Numbered from the stretch's first letter, positions 55,463 to 63,899 are shown. The stretch is 64,000 nt of DNA from Chloroflexi bacterium OHK40 (GCA_004367505.1 SFCB01000064.1:692-64691), one strand, 5' to 3'. Program-made: numbers and translations. Notes: a model not told the origin generated them from the letters alone.

Positions 55463-55882
55463 CTAGCGCGTAAACGAGGCCAGCGCGGCCTCCCGGTCGC
55501 TGAAGACCTGAAAGTAACGGTCCATGCCCGTCACCGCGAGCATCTGGGCGATGCGCGGCTGGGGCCGCAACAGTTTCAGGTAGGGCTGGGGCTCATCGGC
55601 GAGCGCATGCTCAACGGCCCGCAGCGCCGACCAGCCGGCATTCGGGTCGGGGGTAGGCTCGCCGCGTAGCAGGAGCGTCAGGCTGTGGAGGGCGACGAGG
55701 CCGGAGCTGCCCATAAACGTGAGCTCCTCGAGGTCGAGGAGGACGTGGCGGGTGCCGGCGGCAACCAGTTCGTGGCCCCTGGCGATGACCTGCTCGTAGT
55801 TGCTGGCGTCCAGCTTGCCTCGGATGGCGAGCACCGTTACCGGGGTGGCCCCGGGCACCTCTTCAACCGTCAGCTCCATCAC
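55463..55882 (-). CDS. STAS-domain anti-sigma-factor antagonist paralog 1
   Basis: IRGKLDASNYEQV...VLLDLEELTFMGSSGLVAL. It has the conserved Ser context and the same insertion as its paralog. Confidence 0.75.
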   Translation of the reverse strand: MMELTVEEVPGATPVTVLAIRGKLDASNYEQVIARGHELVAAGTRHVLLDLEELTFMGSSGLVALHSLTLLLRGEPTPDPNAGWSALRAVEHALADEPQPYLKLLRPQPRIAQMLAVTGMDRYFQVFSDREAALASFTR

Positions 55883-56324
55883 GTTCCTCCCCGGGCGAAC
55901 TGCCGAGCAGTCCGCGCTTGACCAGCGTCAGCTCGTTGCCGCCGCCATCGCGTGGGCGGTAACGCAGCTCATCGGTGAAATGGCGCGCCAGGTGGATGCC
56001 CATCCCGCCGGGGGGCCGTAGTTCGAGCGGGAGATCAGTGCGCGGCGCTGGCACCCGGGTCGGGTCGAAGCGTGGGGCGCGATCGCCCAGGCGCACTAGC
56101 AGGTCGGCGCCGAGCGGGGCGATGAGCAGATCGATCGGCCCGGGACGACCGCCGTAGCCATGCACCACGATGTTGGTGACCAACTCGTTCACGGCGACGA
56201 GCATGTCGGTGGCGCGCTCCGGGTCGGCGCCGAGCTCGATTGCGGCCCGCTCGACGAAGCCCCGCACATCGTCGAGCCCGTGCAGGTCGGTTGTGATCGA
56301 GAGGGTCCGCGCGTGCGTGCTCAT
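55863..56324 (-). CDS. RsbW/SpoIIAB-like anti-sigma factor serine kinase (HATPase_c_2)
   Basis: N-box-like AVNELVTNIVVHGY and G-box PPGGMGIHLARHFTDEL. The start was chosen at ATG 56324 (MSTHARTL); the ORF-track start is 56369. It overlaps the downstream STAS gene by 20 nt. Confidence 0.75.
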   Translation of the reverse strand: MSTHARTLSITTDLHGLDDVRGFVERAAIELGADPERATDMLVAVNELVTNIVVHGYGGRPGPIDLLIAPLGADLLVRLGDRAPRFDPTRVPAPRTDLPLELRPPGGMGIHLARHFTDELRYRPRDGGGNELTLVKRGLLGSSPGEERDGADG

Positions 56325-56442
56325 CGTCCTCTTCTGGTGGTCCACCGGGATGCCCCAACTATACCACACCGAAGGAGTAGGGGACAGGTGACTGGGGAAG
56401 CCAGATGCCAGTCATCGAACAGAACGAAGATAGTCGTATGGA

Positions 56443-56640
56443 CGCCCGTCTGCGCGGGCGTGCCATCAACGCCCGGGTGTCGTTCCCGCCTCTGGAGGCC
56501 CGCCCGCGCGGGCGTGACATCAACGCCCGGGCGTCGTTCCCACCTCTGGAGGCCCGCCCGCGCGGGCGTGACATCAACGCCCGGGTGTCGTTCCCGCGAA
56601 AGCGGGAACCCAGCCCCCCCGCGTGCGCGTGGGCAAGCCC
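56443..56640 (+). repeat. Three tandem 54-58-bp units plus the terminal full hairpin element (copy C of the dispersed family)
   Basis: Units start at 56443, 56501 and 56555 (CGCCCG(tctg)CGCGGGCGTG[A/C]CATCAACGCCCGGG[T/C]GTCGTTCCC...). The last unit ends in GTTCCCGC-GAAA-GCGGGAAC (56590-56609) followed by CCCCCCCGCGTGCGCGTGGG. Confidence 0.8.
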
Positions 56641-56823
56641 TGCCCCCGCCCCCAGCGCGAGAGCGGGGGAACGTAGTTCATCAGGATACGGCAAACCGCC
56701 GTTCGAAGACCGGTTCTGCCCGCCCCGGAACGCGCAGGGGAGCGGGGAAGCGGCGCCAGGCTTGCCGGGGCACCGGAGCACGCCGGGGCGCTGACCGCCA
56801 TCGTGGGAGGGAGACCGGCGATC

Positions 56824-57816
56824 TTAAAGGCGGTGCATAAGCTCTGCCGTGGCGCGGAGGGCCTGTTCGCGGTCGGGGCCGAGGGGTGGCCCGATGTTGA
56901 TCTGAGTAACGCCGCGGGCGGCCAGCCAGCGCAGCCGTTCGAGCATGGCCTCCGGGTCGCCGTAGATCGCCAGGCGAAACATGGGCGGGGTGAGCAGGCT
57001 CATCGCGCGATCCATGGCGCCAGCTTGCCAGGCGGCGCGCACCTCGGCAAAGTCGTCGGGGTGCAGGCCGATCGGGGCAAGGGTCTCGGCGCGCAGCGAA
57101 GGGCCGTAGTAGGCCACCAGGTAGCGCAGGGCATCTTCGGCTGCGCGGCGGGTAGGCGCCACCGACCACCAGACACAGGCGGCCAGGTCGAAGCTTGCGA
57201 GATCGCGGCCCACCCGGGCGGCGCCGGCCTGCACGCGCTCGCGCACGTGCTCGATGGTCTCCGGGGGAAAGAGGATCGGCAGGCCACCATCGGCTAGCTC
57301 GCCCATTAATTCGAGCACGCGGGGGCCCTGGCCGCCGATGTAGATCGGCACGGGCTGTGGTGGTGGCGTGAAGCGCAGGCGCGCGCCGGGGTGCCAGCTG
57401 TCGAACACCTCGCCGGGTGGGCCGGCCTCATCGCCCCGCAGGAGGCGGCGCAGCAGACCGACGGCCTCGGCCAGGCCGGCAACCGGTCGGCGCTGGCGCG
57501 CGCCGATCCACTCGAGGTAGGGCGGATCGCCGGGGCCGATACCGAGCACGAAGCGGCCCGCGCTGAACTCCTGCAGGCTGGCGGTGCGCATGGCCAGCTC
57601 GGCGGGGCTGGCGCTGAAGGGGTTGGCGATGCAGGTGCCGACACGGACGCGGCTGGTGGCGGCGGCCACGGCGGTAAGCGCGACCCAGGCGTCACGCTTC
57701 ATGAGATCCTGGCAGTACCAGACATCGTCGAAGCCAAGTGCCTCGGCCAGTTGAGCCCAGCGCACCACCTCGCGGATGGTGCCGGATTCGCTATTGAAGC
57801 GGATGCCGAAACGCAT
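56824..57816 (-). CDS. LLM-class (luciferase-like) flavin/F420-dependent oxidoreductase
   Basis: MRFGIRFN...LGFDDVWYCQDL...RVRVGTCIANPF...FVLGIGPG is a TIM-barrel LLM pattern. The start at 57816 lies 5 nt after the upstream stop. Confidence 0.8.
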   Translation of the reverse strand: MRFGIRFNSESGTIREVVRWAQLAEALGFDDVWYCQDLMKRDAWVALTAVAAATSRVRVGTCIANPFSASPAELAMRTASLQEFSAGRFVLGIGPGDPPYLEWIGARQRRPVAGLAEAVGLLRRLLRGDEAGPPGEVFDSWHPGARLRFTPPPQPVPIYIGGQGPRVLELMGELADGGLPILFPPETIEHVRERVQAGAARVGRDLASFDLAACVWWSVAPTRRAAEDALRYLVAYYGPSLRAETLAPIGLHPDDFAEVRAAWQAGAMDRAMSLLTPPMFRLAIYGDPEAMLERLRWLAARGVTQINIGPPLGPDREQALRATAELMHRL

Positions 57817-57821
57817 GCGAT

Positions 57822-58175
57822 CTACGCCTGATTGCCCGAGAGCGAATCCCACGGGATGGGGCTGACATCATCGTGGCGGAGGGTACGGGTGCCAATCCGG
57901 TCGAGGCGCATCACGAGTCGGCATGCCGGGTCGGGGCACGTGACGCGGGTATCGGTCTCGATCCAGTCGGCGGGGTGGTTGCGGCGCTGCCTGGCGGGGA
58001 GGAGCGGGATGGCGGCCTGGAGGGCGTAGAGGCAGAACGACTGGCCTTCGGGCAGCGCGAGCTTCCCCCCGCGCAAGAAGACGGTATCGCCCACGGCCAT
58101 GTTGCAGGTGCAGTGGCCCTCGATTGCCTCGACTACTACGGCGAGGTCGTAGAGCTCGAAGGTGTCGTTGTCCAT
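57822..58175 (-). CDS. Small Cys-rich protein resembling the TIGR04076 family
   Basis: 117 aa. EGHCTCNMAVGDTVF...PEGQSFCLYALQAAIPLL...RVTCPDPACRLVMRLDRI matches the pattern I recall for TIGR04076. Not verified by HMM. Confidence 0.5.
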   Translation of the reverse strand: MDNDTFELYDLAVVVEAIEGHCTCNMAVGDTVFLRGGKLALPEGQSFCLYALQAAIPLLPARQRRNHPADWIETDTRVTCPDPACRLVMRLDRIGTRTLRHDDVSPIPWDSLSGNQA

Positions 58176-58222
58176 CGGCTGGCCCGTGGGAACGCGGCGA
58201 CTGCACCCATGGCGAGCGCAGC

Positions 58223-59410
58223 CTACAGCGGGCGGTCGCCCTTCAGGAAGCGGACGGCGGCCTCGGCGACAAGGGCGGCGCCGATCGGGAGGCAGCGTTC
58301 ATCGATATCGAAGTAGGGCGTATGGTGCCCACGGTGAACGCCGTCGTCGAGCATGGCGCCCAGGCCGATCATGGCGCCGGGGGCCTCGCGGCACATATAG
58401 GCGAAGTCCTCGCCGGCCATGCCCTGTTTATCGCGCTGGATCGCGTCCGGGCCAAGGAGCTCCTGAGCGATGCCGTCCATCCAGCCGGCGACGCGCTCAT
58501 CGTTCCAGCCGGCGGGATAGCCCCGATCGAGCCGCAGGCGGTAATCGCCGCCGAGGGCGCGGGCGACGGCGAGGGCCTGCTCGAGCTCGGTGTGGATCTG
58601 GGCGCGCACCTCCTCGCTGAAGCTACGGATGGTGCCGTTGAGATAGACCTCGCTGGGGATCACGTTGGGGGCGTTGCCGGCGTGCAGCGCGCCCACGCTC
58701 ACGACGCCGGGGGCCATCGGGTGGAGCCGGCGAGCGCGGATGCCGTGGAGCGCGGTGAGCACCGGGATGGCCATGAAGGTCGGGTCGGTGGCGGTGTGGG
58801 GGTACGCGCCGTGGCCGCCGGTCCCGGTGATCCAGGCATGAAAGGTATCGACGGCGGCGGAAACGTAGCCTGAGCGCACGGCTACAGTGCCAACGGGGGC
58901 GAGCGAGTCGACGTGGAGCGCGATCACCGCGTCCACACCCCGCAGGGCGCCATCGGCGATCATCGCGGTGGCGCCACTGGTGCCATCCTCCTCCCAGCGC
59001 TCCTCCGATGGCTGGAAGAGGAAGCGTACACGACCGCGCAAGCCCTCGGCGGCGAAGCGCTCGCGCAGCAGGTGGGCGGCGCCGAGCAGCATGGCGGTGT
59101 GGGCATCATGGCCGCAGGCGTGCATCACGCTCGGGTTCGTGGAGCGGTAGGGTGCGTCGTTGGCCTCCTCGATGGGGAGCGCGTCCATATCGGCGCGAAT
59201 GGCGATAGTGGGGCCATCCTCGTCGCCGAGCTCGCCGACCACGCCGGTGCGGCCGACGCCGGTTTGCACGCGGATGCCCCCGATCTCCTGCAGGGTGTCG
59301 GCCACGAGCGCGGCGGTGCGGCGCTCTTCGAATCCGAGCTCAGGATGGGCGTGAATGTCGCGCCGCAGGCGAATGAGCTCATCTTGCAGCGCACGGGCGC
59401 GTTCAAGCAT
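58223..59410 (-). CDS. M20D-family amidohydrolase (N-acyl-amino-acid amidohydrolase/hippuricase-like)
   Basis: RRDIHAHPELGFEE, IAIRADMDALP, HACGHDAHTAMLLGAA, and FQPSEE are hallmarks of peptidase M20D. Confidence 0.88.
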   Translation of the reverse strand: MLERARALQDELIRLRRDIHAHPELGFEERRTAALVADTLQEIGGIRVQTGVGRTGVVGELGDEDGPTIAIRADMDALPIEEANDAPYRSTNPSVMHACGHDAHTAMLLGAAHLLRERFAAEGLRGRVRFLFQPSEERWEEDGTSGATAMIADGALRGVDAVIALHVDSLAPVGTVAVRSGYVSAAVDTFHAWITGTGGHGAYPHTATDPTFMAIPVLTALHGIRARRLHPMAPGVVSVGALHAGNAPNVIPSEVYLNGTIRSFSEEVRAQIHTELEQALAVARALGGDYRLRLDRGYPAGWNDERVAGWMDGIAQELLGPDAIQRDKQGMAGEDFAYMCREAPGAMIGLGAMLDDGVHRGHHTPYFDIDERCLPIGAALVAEAAVRFLKGDRPL

Positions 59411-59523
59411 GGGTTGGCCTCGCTGGTCGGGGATAGGTTCTGGGCGCTGGCAATGATACCACGCTTCGCGCCGGATTTCGCGGCTCCGGCGCGCGTCTCA
59501 CCGCTACGGTGCACGGTTCGCCC

Positions 59524-59575
59524 ATCCCCCCCGCACAGGGGGCGCTGGGTTCCCGCTTCCGCGGGAACGACACCT
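59524..59575 (-). repeat. Copy D of the dispersed repeat family, inverted orientation
   Basis: Plus strand CCCCCCCGCACAGGGGG then GTTCCCGC-TTCC-GCGGGAAC (59549-59568) then GACACC, which is the reverse complement of the GGTGTCGTTCCCGCG...GCGGGAACCCAGCGCCCCC arrangement seen in the other copies. Confidence 0.75.
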
Positions 59576-59606
59576 CATCGATGGCCCTGCACCCCTGGAC
59601 TCACGC

Positions 59607-62600
59607 CTACGAGGGGCCGCCCCACACCTCTACGTGGTGGCCGTCGCGCTCGCCTGCCCAGAGCAGGCAGGTGCAGGCGCGCCGCAGGAGGTTTTTCCAG
59701 ATCTGGGCATTGGTGAAGAGTTCCTCGTCGGCGTTGAAGACGCTGAAGACCGAGCGCGAGGCCACGAGGATCAATTTCTCTTTGGCCCGGCTGAGGGCCA
59801 CGTTCAGGCGGCGTGGGTCGAGCAGGAACTCGCCCGAGCTCCGCAGGTAGTCGTGGTCGCTCTCAGTCGCGCTCACCAGGATCACTCGCCGTTCGCCGCC
59901 CTGGAAGCGCTCCACGGTATCGATGGCTGAGCCGAGCAGCGCGCCTGTGGCCGGATCGCGCGGGGCCAGGTGCGGCAGGGCCGCCTGCAGCGCGGCCCGC
60001 TGGGCCCGGTGAGGGACCACGACGCCCAGTCCCGAGCGGTGGTCGAGCGCGTGGCCTGCCGGGTCGGCCAGGGCAGTGAGCAGGGCGGTGGCCAGCCGCT
60101 GCTCGAAGGGGTTCGTGGTCTGGCTTGCGGCCTCGTCGTGCACGACGACCACCAGGGGGTAGGCGGGGTCCAGCGCCCGCGCCACGAAAGCATCGGGGTG
60201 GGGGCGGGCATCGAGCAGGGCGGTGCGGCGAGAGTAGTAGGGGATGCCGTCCTGGGCGTAGATCTCCTGGCGCAGGAAGTCGGCCATGGCGCTGTGGAGG
60301 CGGAAACTCTCGGCGAAGCGGACGATCGGCGGCGCGGGGGTACGGCGCATCAAGCTGACGAAGAGCGACTCGTAGGCGCGGTACTCCTGGAAGGTGCGGC
60401 GCCGCTCGTCACCCCAGCCGTGGGCGATGATGGGCGGCATCTGGCGGTGGTCACCCACGACGATCAGTTGCCCGTCCTCGCGGAGCGGCAGCGCGGCCAT
60501 CATCGCCTCTGGCAGGCTCATCTGCGAGGCCTCGTCGAGCACCAGGCAATCGCAAAAGCCGTGCCCGAAGATACTGCCCGCGTCCTTGAGCATGCCGTAG
60601 ATCGCGCCCGGGGTGGCGCCGACGAAGCACTGGGGCGCGGCCTGCACCGTCGCGACCTCGGCGGGTCCTCGGGGGAGCACGGTCACACCGGCTGGCACGC
60701 TGTCGCTCGGGCGCGCGCGGTAGAGCGGGGTGTCGAGCAGGCCGGGGTGGAAGTAGGTGGCGGCGATCAGCGGGTGCTGGCGTGCTAGCTCGCTGAGCAT
60801 GGTTCGCACCCGTACCAGTTGCTCCAGTAGCACGGTGGTGGCCGCGTGGGTTTTGCAACAGAGGATCGCACGGAAGCCCTGACCAGCCTCCAGGGCGCCC
60901 TGGAGCCGGGCGAGCAGGGCGAATGCGGTCGTGTAGCTTTTGCCGGTGCCAGGAGGCCCCTGCACCAGCAGGGTCGGCGTAGCGCCGTAGCCCTCGATAA
61001 AGGCCCGCTGATTGGCGTCGAAGCTGTGCGGCGCGCCGGCTGATCGCAGGGCCTCCAGGCCGGCCACGAAGCGCGCTTGCCCCGCCAGGGCCGCAGGCGG
61101 CCAGCACACCTGCTCCCCGAGCGGGTTAGCCAGGCGCGCGTAGAGCGTGTTGGCCCGCCCATCTCGGAGCCCGAGCACTACCTCTTTGCAGAAGTAGCCA
61201 TACCAGTCGTTCGGCTCCGGTTCGAGGGTATAGCGCTCACCATCGGCCAGGGGCTGCACGAAAGCCGAGGCGGTAGGGAAGATGTAGCCGTGGGACCACT
61301 CCCCACCACGGGCTTCCTCGAGGATCAGCTCCAGCGTGCCGCTCGCGGCGTCGATGGAGACCAGCCGCGCGCGCCGCCCGTAGAGCAACTGTTTGGCCGT
61401 CGGAGTGAGCGGGCGGCGTTGCTCGGGGGGCAAGCGCTCGTCGAAGCTCCAGCGGGGGGCGATCACCAGGCGGTCGTCGGGCTGGAGCCCGGTGAGGGCG
61501 AGGGCGGTCGGCAGGTCGCACGCCACGTCGCGCAGGTCGATCCGCAGCCGATACGGTACGGGCAGGGGCAGCGGGTCGGTGGCGGCCTTCTGGGCCGAGG
61601 TGCGGCGAAACTGCTTCCCCGGGTTCCGGGCCTGATGCTCGGCCCGGAGTTGCTCCACGGCAGCCCGGCGGCGCTCATTCTCGCGCAGGGCCTCCAGCAG
61701 CTGGAGCGGCTGGTCGGCCTCGTGGTAGCTCACGATCAGCGATTCGCCCGCCAGCACACGGCGCTCGGGCGGCGCCAGGCGGGCCTGCTTCCAGGCGCCC
61801 AGCTTTGCGTGGTGCTCCAGGGTCAGGAACTCGTCGAGCGCGTCGGCGAGGCTGCGGGCCTTGCCGCTGAAGCGCGCAATCACGCCGAGGTCAAAGGCGG
61901 TCTTGGCGGTGTCGCGGTTGCCCGCAAAGTCGTGGGTAATATGCTCCAGGGCCTCCAGGCGCCGCGCGTGGAAGGCGCGGAGGAGCGCGGGGGTAGCGCC
62001 GCGAAAGTCGGCGAACTCGTCCGGCTCGCTGGCTGGTACAGGGAGTTCGCCCCAGGCGGCGTAGGCATACTCCAGGGGGATCTGGCTGCTAAAGCGGGCG
62101 CGGCGGGTGTACCAGGTGCCCTCATCGTCGTCGAGCCGGGCCTGCTCATCGAAGAGCCGGGCCCGAAAGATCGCCCGGAAATCGGCGGGGGCGCTCCAGT
62201 CGAAGCGCAGGTAGCGCGCCACGGCCTGGAGCGATTGGCAGAGCATGGGGTAGTTCTTCAGTTCGCGGATCTCCTGGTCGAGAAAGGTGACCAGCGGCGA
62301 ATCCAGGGCCGCGATCTGGGTCATGAAGTCGTAGAGCGGAGTGGCAGCGGCGATCGCGCCGAAGTGGCGGGCGAGGGCGTCGAGCAGGATGCGCTGCTCA
62401 TAGCTGTTGGAGAAGATCAGGTGGATCGGCGCGAGCGGGCGCCCGTCGGCGGCCGGGGCGGCGACCTCGGCGATCGCCTGGAGCGTGGCGTCAATCCAGG
62501 CGACCAGCAGCTCGCGCTCGTCGGCCGGCTCGCGAGGCGGTCCATCGGCCAGGTGGACCACGGTGCGGCGGCGACCGGGGCGCTCCTCACCGGCCTCGCA

Positions 62601-63899
62601 CCCCACCACGAGCGACCCGACCAGGTAGAGACGATCGTGCAGATAGTCATGCTGGGCGTCCAGGTAGACGCGCACAAGGTTCGGGTGCAGCGCGGCGTCG
62701 CTGGCGGGCAGGGTGCCGCGCCCCTTGCTGGGGATAAAGGGAATAGCGCGCCCCGGATCGCCGCGCCAGGCCCGGTAGCGCTTCGCGCGGTGGATAAGCT
62801 CATCGAGTCGGGGACCGATCCGTGGGATCGCGGCGAGGCGGCGCACCGTCGCCTCGGTAGCGGGCGTGGGCGCCAGGTCAGTCGTGTCGGGGGAGGAGAA
62901 CTGCTTGAGCCCGGCCAGGTGCGCGGTGGTCGTCACCCCGGCCCGGCGCAGCGCATTCTTTTCGTGGTCGGTGATGTGCGGCAGCAGGGAGAGGTCGTCG
63001 TGCTCGGCGCTCCACTTGAGGCAGAACTCGTTGTAGAGGCAGCCATCGCACTTGTAGCTCAGGTGGAAGGGCAGTTCCACGAACGGCGCCTCGGCGATCC
63101 GGGCGGCGGTGGAGCGGGGCGAAGTAACGAGGCTGGCCACCTCGGCACGATAGTTCTCCGGTGTTGGCACGAACTCGAGCAGGGCGCCGGTGACGCCGAA
63201 GAGCGCCAGGGCGGCGGCGCGTTGCTCCTCCTGGAGGCGACGTTCCTCAGGCGAGGCCGGGAGCGTACCCTCGGCCGGCCCGCGATAGAGGATGGCAGTG
63301 CGGAAGCTGGCCGACACATCGGCGTCGGCACAGAGTGCGGCGAGCATCTCGTGGTAGAAGGCCACCTGGAGCCGATGCTCAACCCGAGCACTCGTCGAGC
63401 TCTTCATATCGGCGATCAGGACGTGTAGTGCGCCATCGGGATCACGCTCGAGACGCAGCAGGTCCACATCACCACGGATCTGCCACTGGCCGACAAGCAC
63501 CTGGAGGCGCGGCTGAAAGAGGAAGAGCAGGCCGCCAGGCGGCAGCGCGCGGGCCAGATCGACGACAACCGCATTATGGTAGGCGACGGCGAAGCGCGGG
63601 TCGTGGGCGGCTGCCTCGTTGCAGTGGATGGCCCCGCCAGGCGGAGCGTGGGCGCGGATCCGAGCCTCGACGGCATCTTCGAAGCTGGCGCCAGCGCGGG
63701 TGAGGATGGGCGGGATGGCCTGGGCCGCGACGCCGTAGCGCGTGAGGAGATCACGGCCGTAGGCGCGCTCGTGGAGGCGCAAACGCAAATAGCGGGCGCA
63801 CTGATCCAGGCGGATGTACTGGGAGATGTCGGTGGGAGAGATCCGGCGCGGGCCGGGAGGATCACCGGCGCCGAGCGGGGGCAGGGTAGCGTCGTTCAT
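59607..63899 (-). CDS. Large nuclease-helicase: N-terminal Cas4/AddB-type PD-(D/E)XK nuclease with a 4-Cys cluster + central domain + C-terminal SF1B (Upf1/Dna2-like) helicase
   Basis: 1430 aa. Nuclease motifs GDVD (about aa 143-146), IADMK (163-166) and QVAFY (178-182). Cys34 plus C284-x2-C287-x5-C293 (YKCDGCLYNEFC, DNA 63021-63056). Helicase Walker A LLVQGPPGTGKSYT, motif II CLVLDEASQM, VVGDHRQMPP, TVERFQGGERRVILVS, and LNVALSRAKEKLILV. Confidence 0.85.
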   Translation of the reverse strand: MNDATLPPLGAGDPPGPRRISPTDISQYIRLDQCARYLRLRLHERAYGRDLLTRYGVAAQAIPPILTRAGASFEDAVEARIRAHAPPGGAIHCNEAAAHDPRFAVAYHNAVVVDLARALPPGGLLFLFQPRLQVLVGQWQIRGDVDLLRLERDPDGALHVLIADMKSSTSARVEHRLQVAFYHEMLAALCADADVSASFRTAILYRGPAEGTLPASPEERRLQEEQRAAALALFGVTGALLEFVPTPENYRAEVASLVTSPRSTAARIAEAPFVELPFHLSYKCDGCLYNEFCLKWSAEHDDLSLLPHITDHEKNALRRAGVTTTAHLAGLKQFSSPDTTDLAPTPATEATVRRLAAIPRIGPRLDELIHRAKRYRAWRGDPGRAIPFIPSKGRGTLPASDAALHPNLVRVYLDAQHDYLHDRLYLVGSLVVGCEAGEERPGRRRTVVHLADGPPREPADERELLVAWIDATLQAIAEVAAPAADGRPLAPIHLIFSNSYEQRILLDALARHFGAIAAATPLYDFMTQIAALDSPLVTFLDQEIRELKNYPMLCQSLQAVARYLRFDWSAPADFRAIFRARLFDEQARLDDDEGTWYTRRARFSSQIPLEYAYAAWGELPVPASEPDEFADFRGATPALLRAFHARRLEALEHITHDFAGNRDTAKTAFDLGVIARFSGKARSLADALDEFLTLEHHAKLGAWKQARLAPPERRVLAGESLIVSYHEADQPLQLLEALRENERRRAAVEQLRAEHQARNPGKQFRRTSAQKAATDPLPLPVPYRLRIDLRDVACDLPTALALTGLQPDDRLVIAPRWSFDERLPPEQRRPLTPTAKQLLYGRRARLVSIDAASGTLELILEEARGGEWSHGYIFPTASAFVQPLADGERYTLEPEPNDWYGYFCKEVVLGLRDGRANTLYARLANPLGEQVCWPPAALAGQARFVAGLEALRSAGAPHSFDANQRAFIEGYGATPTLLVQGPPGTGKSYTTAFALLARLQGALEAGQGFRAILCCKTHAATTVLLEQLVRVRTMLSELARQHPLIAATYFHPGLLDTPLYRARPSDSVPAGVTVLPRGPAEVATVQAAPQCFVGATPGAIYGMLKDAGSIFGHGFCDCLVLDEASQMSLPEAMMAALPLREDGQLIVVGDHRQMPPIIAHGWGDERRRTFQEYRAYESLFVSLMRRTPAPPIVRFAESFRLHSAMADFLRQEIYAQDGIPYYSRRTALLDARPHPDAFVARALDPAYPLVVVVHDEAASQTTNPFEQRLATALLTALADPAGHALDHRSGLGVVVPHRAQRAALQAALPHLAPRDPATGALLGSAIDTVERFQGGERRVILVSATESDHDYLRSSGEFLLDPRRLNVALSRAKEKLILVASRSVFSVFNADEELFTNAQIWKNLLRRACTCLLWAGERDGHHVEVWGGPS

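Noticed and set aside
56443-56640. Possible CRISPR array. The GTTCCCGC...GCGGGAAC stem resembles type I-E-like repeat stems.
   Set aside because: The units are directly abutting repeats of 54-58 bp with no unique spacers. There are only three units, no cas genes are in the window, and the hairpin also occurs as single dispersed copies.
56405-56794. A 129-aa ORF spans the tandem repeat region, and the antisense ORFs 56359..56781 and 56574..56801 overlap it.
   Set aside because: The peptide is simply the repeat read through (RGRDINARxSFPPLEARP x3). It has no ribosome-binding site. The same DNA element occurs in non-coding gaps elsewhere in both orientations.
973-63428. Many long ORFs in the six-frame track lie antisense to, or out of frame with, the genes called above. 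Examples: 973..1776 -, 3980..4894 -, 9643..10965 -, 13487..15574 -, 20336..21874 -, 22316..24022 -, 29225..30655 -, 30778..32463 -, 45850..47622 -, 51079..53070 -, 61077..63428 +.
   Set aside because: They overlap ORFs that carry unmistakable family motifs. Their translations are Arg/Gly/Ala/Pro-rich low-complexity strings with no recognisable motifs. Long stop-free shadow frames are expected at this G+C content.
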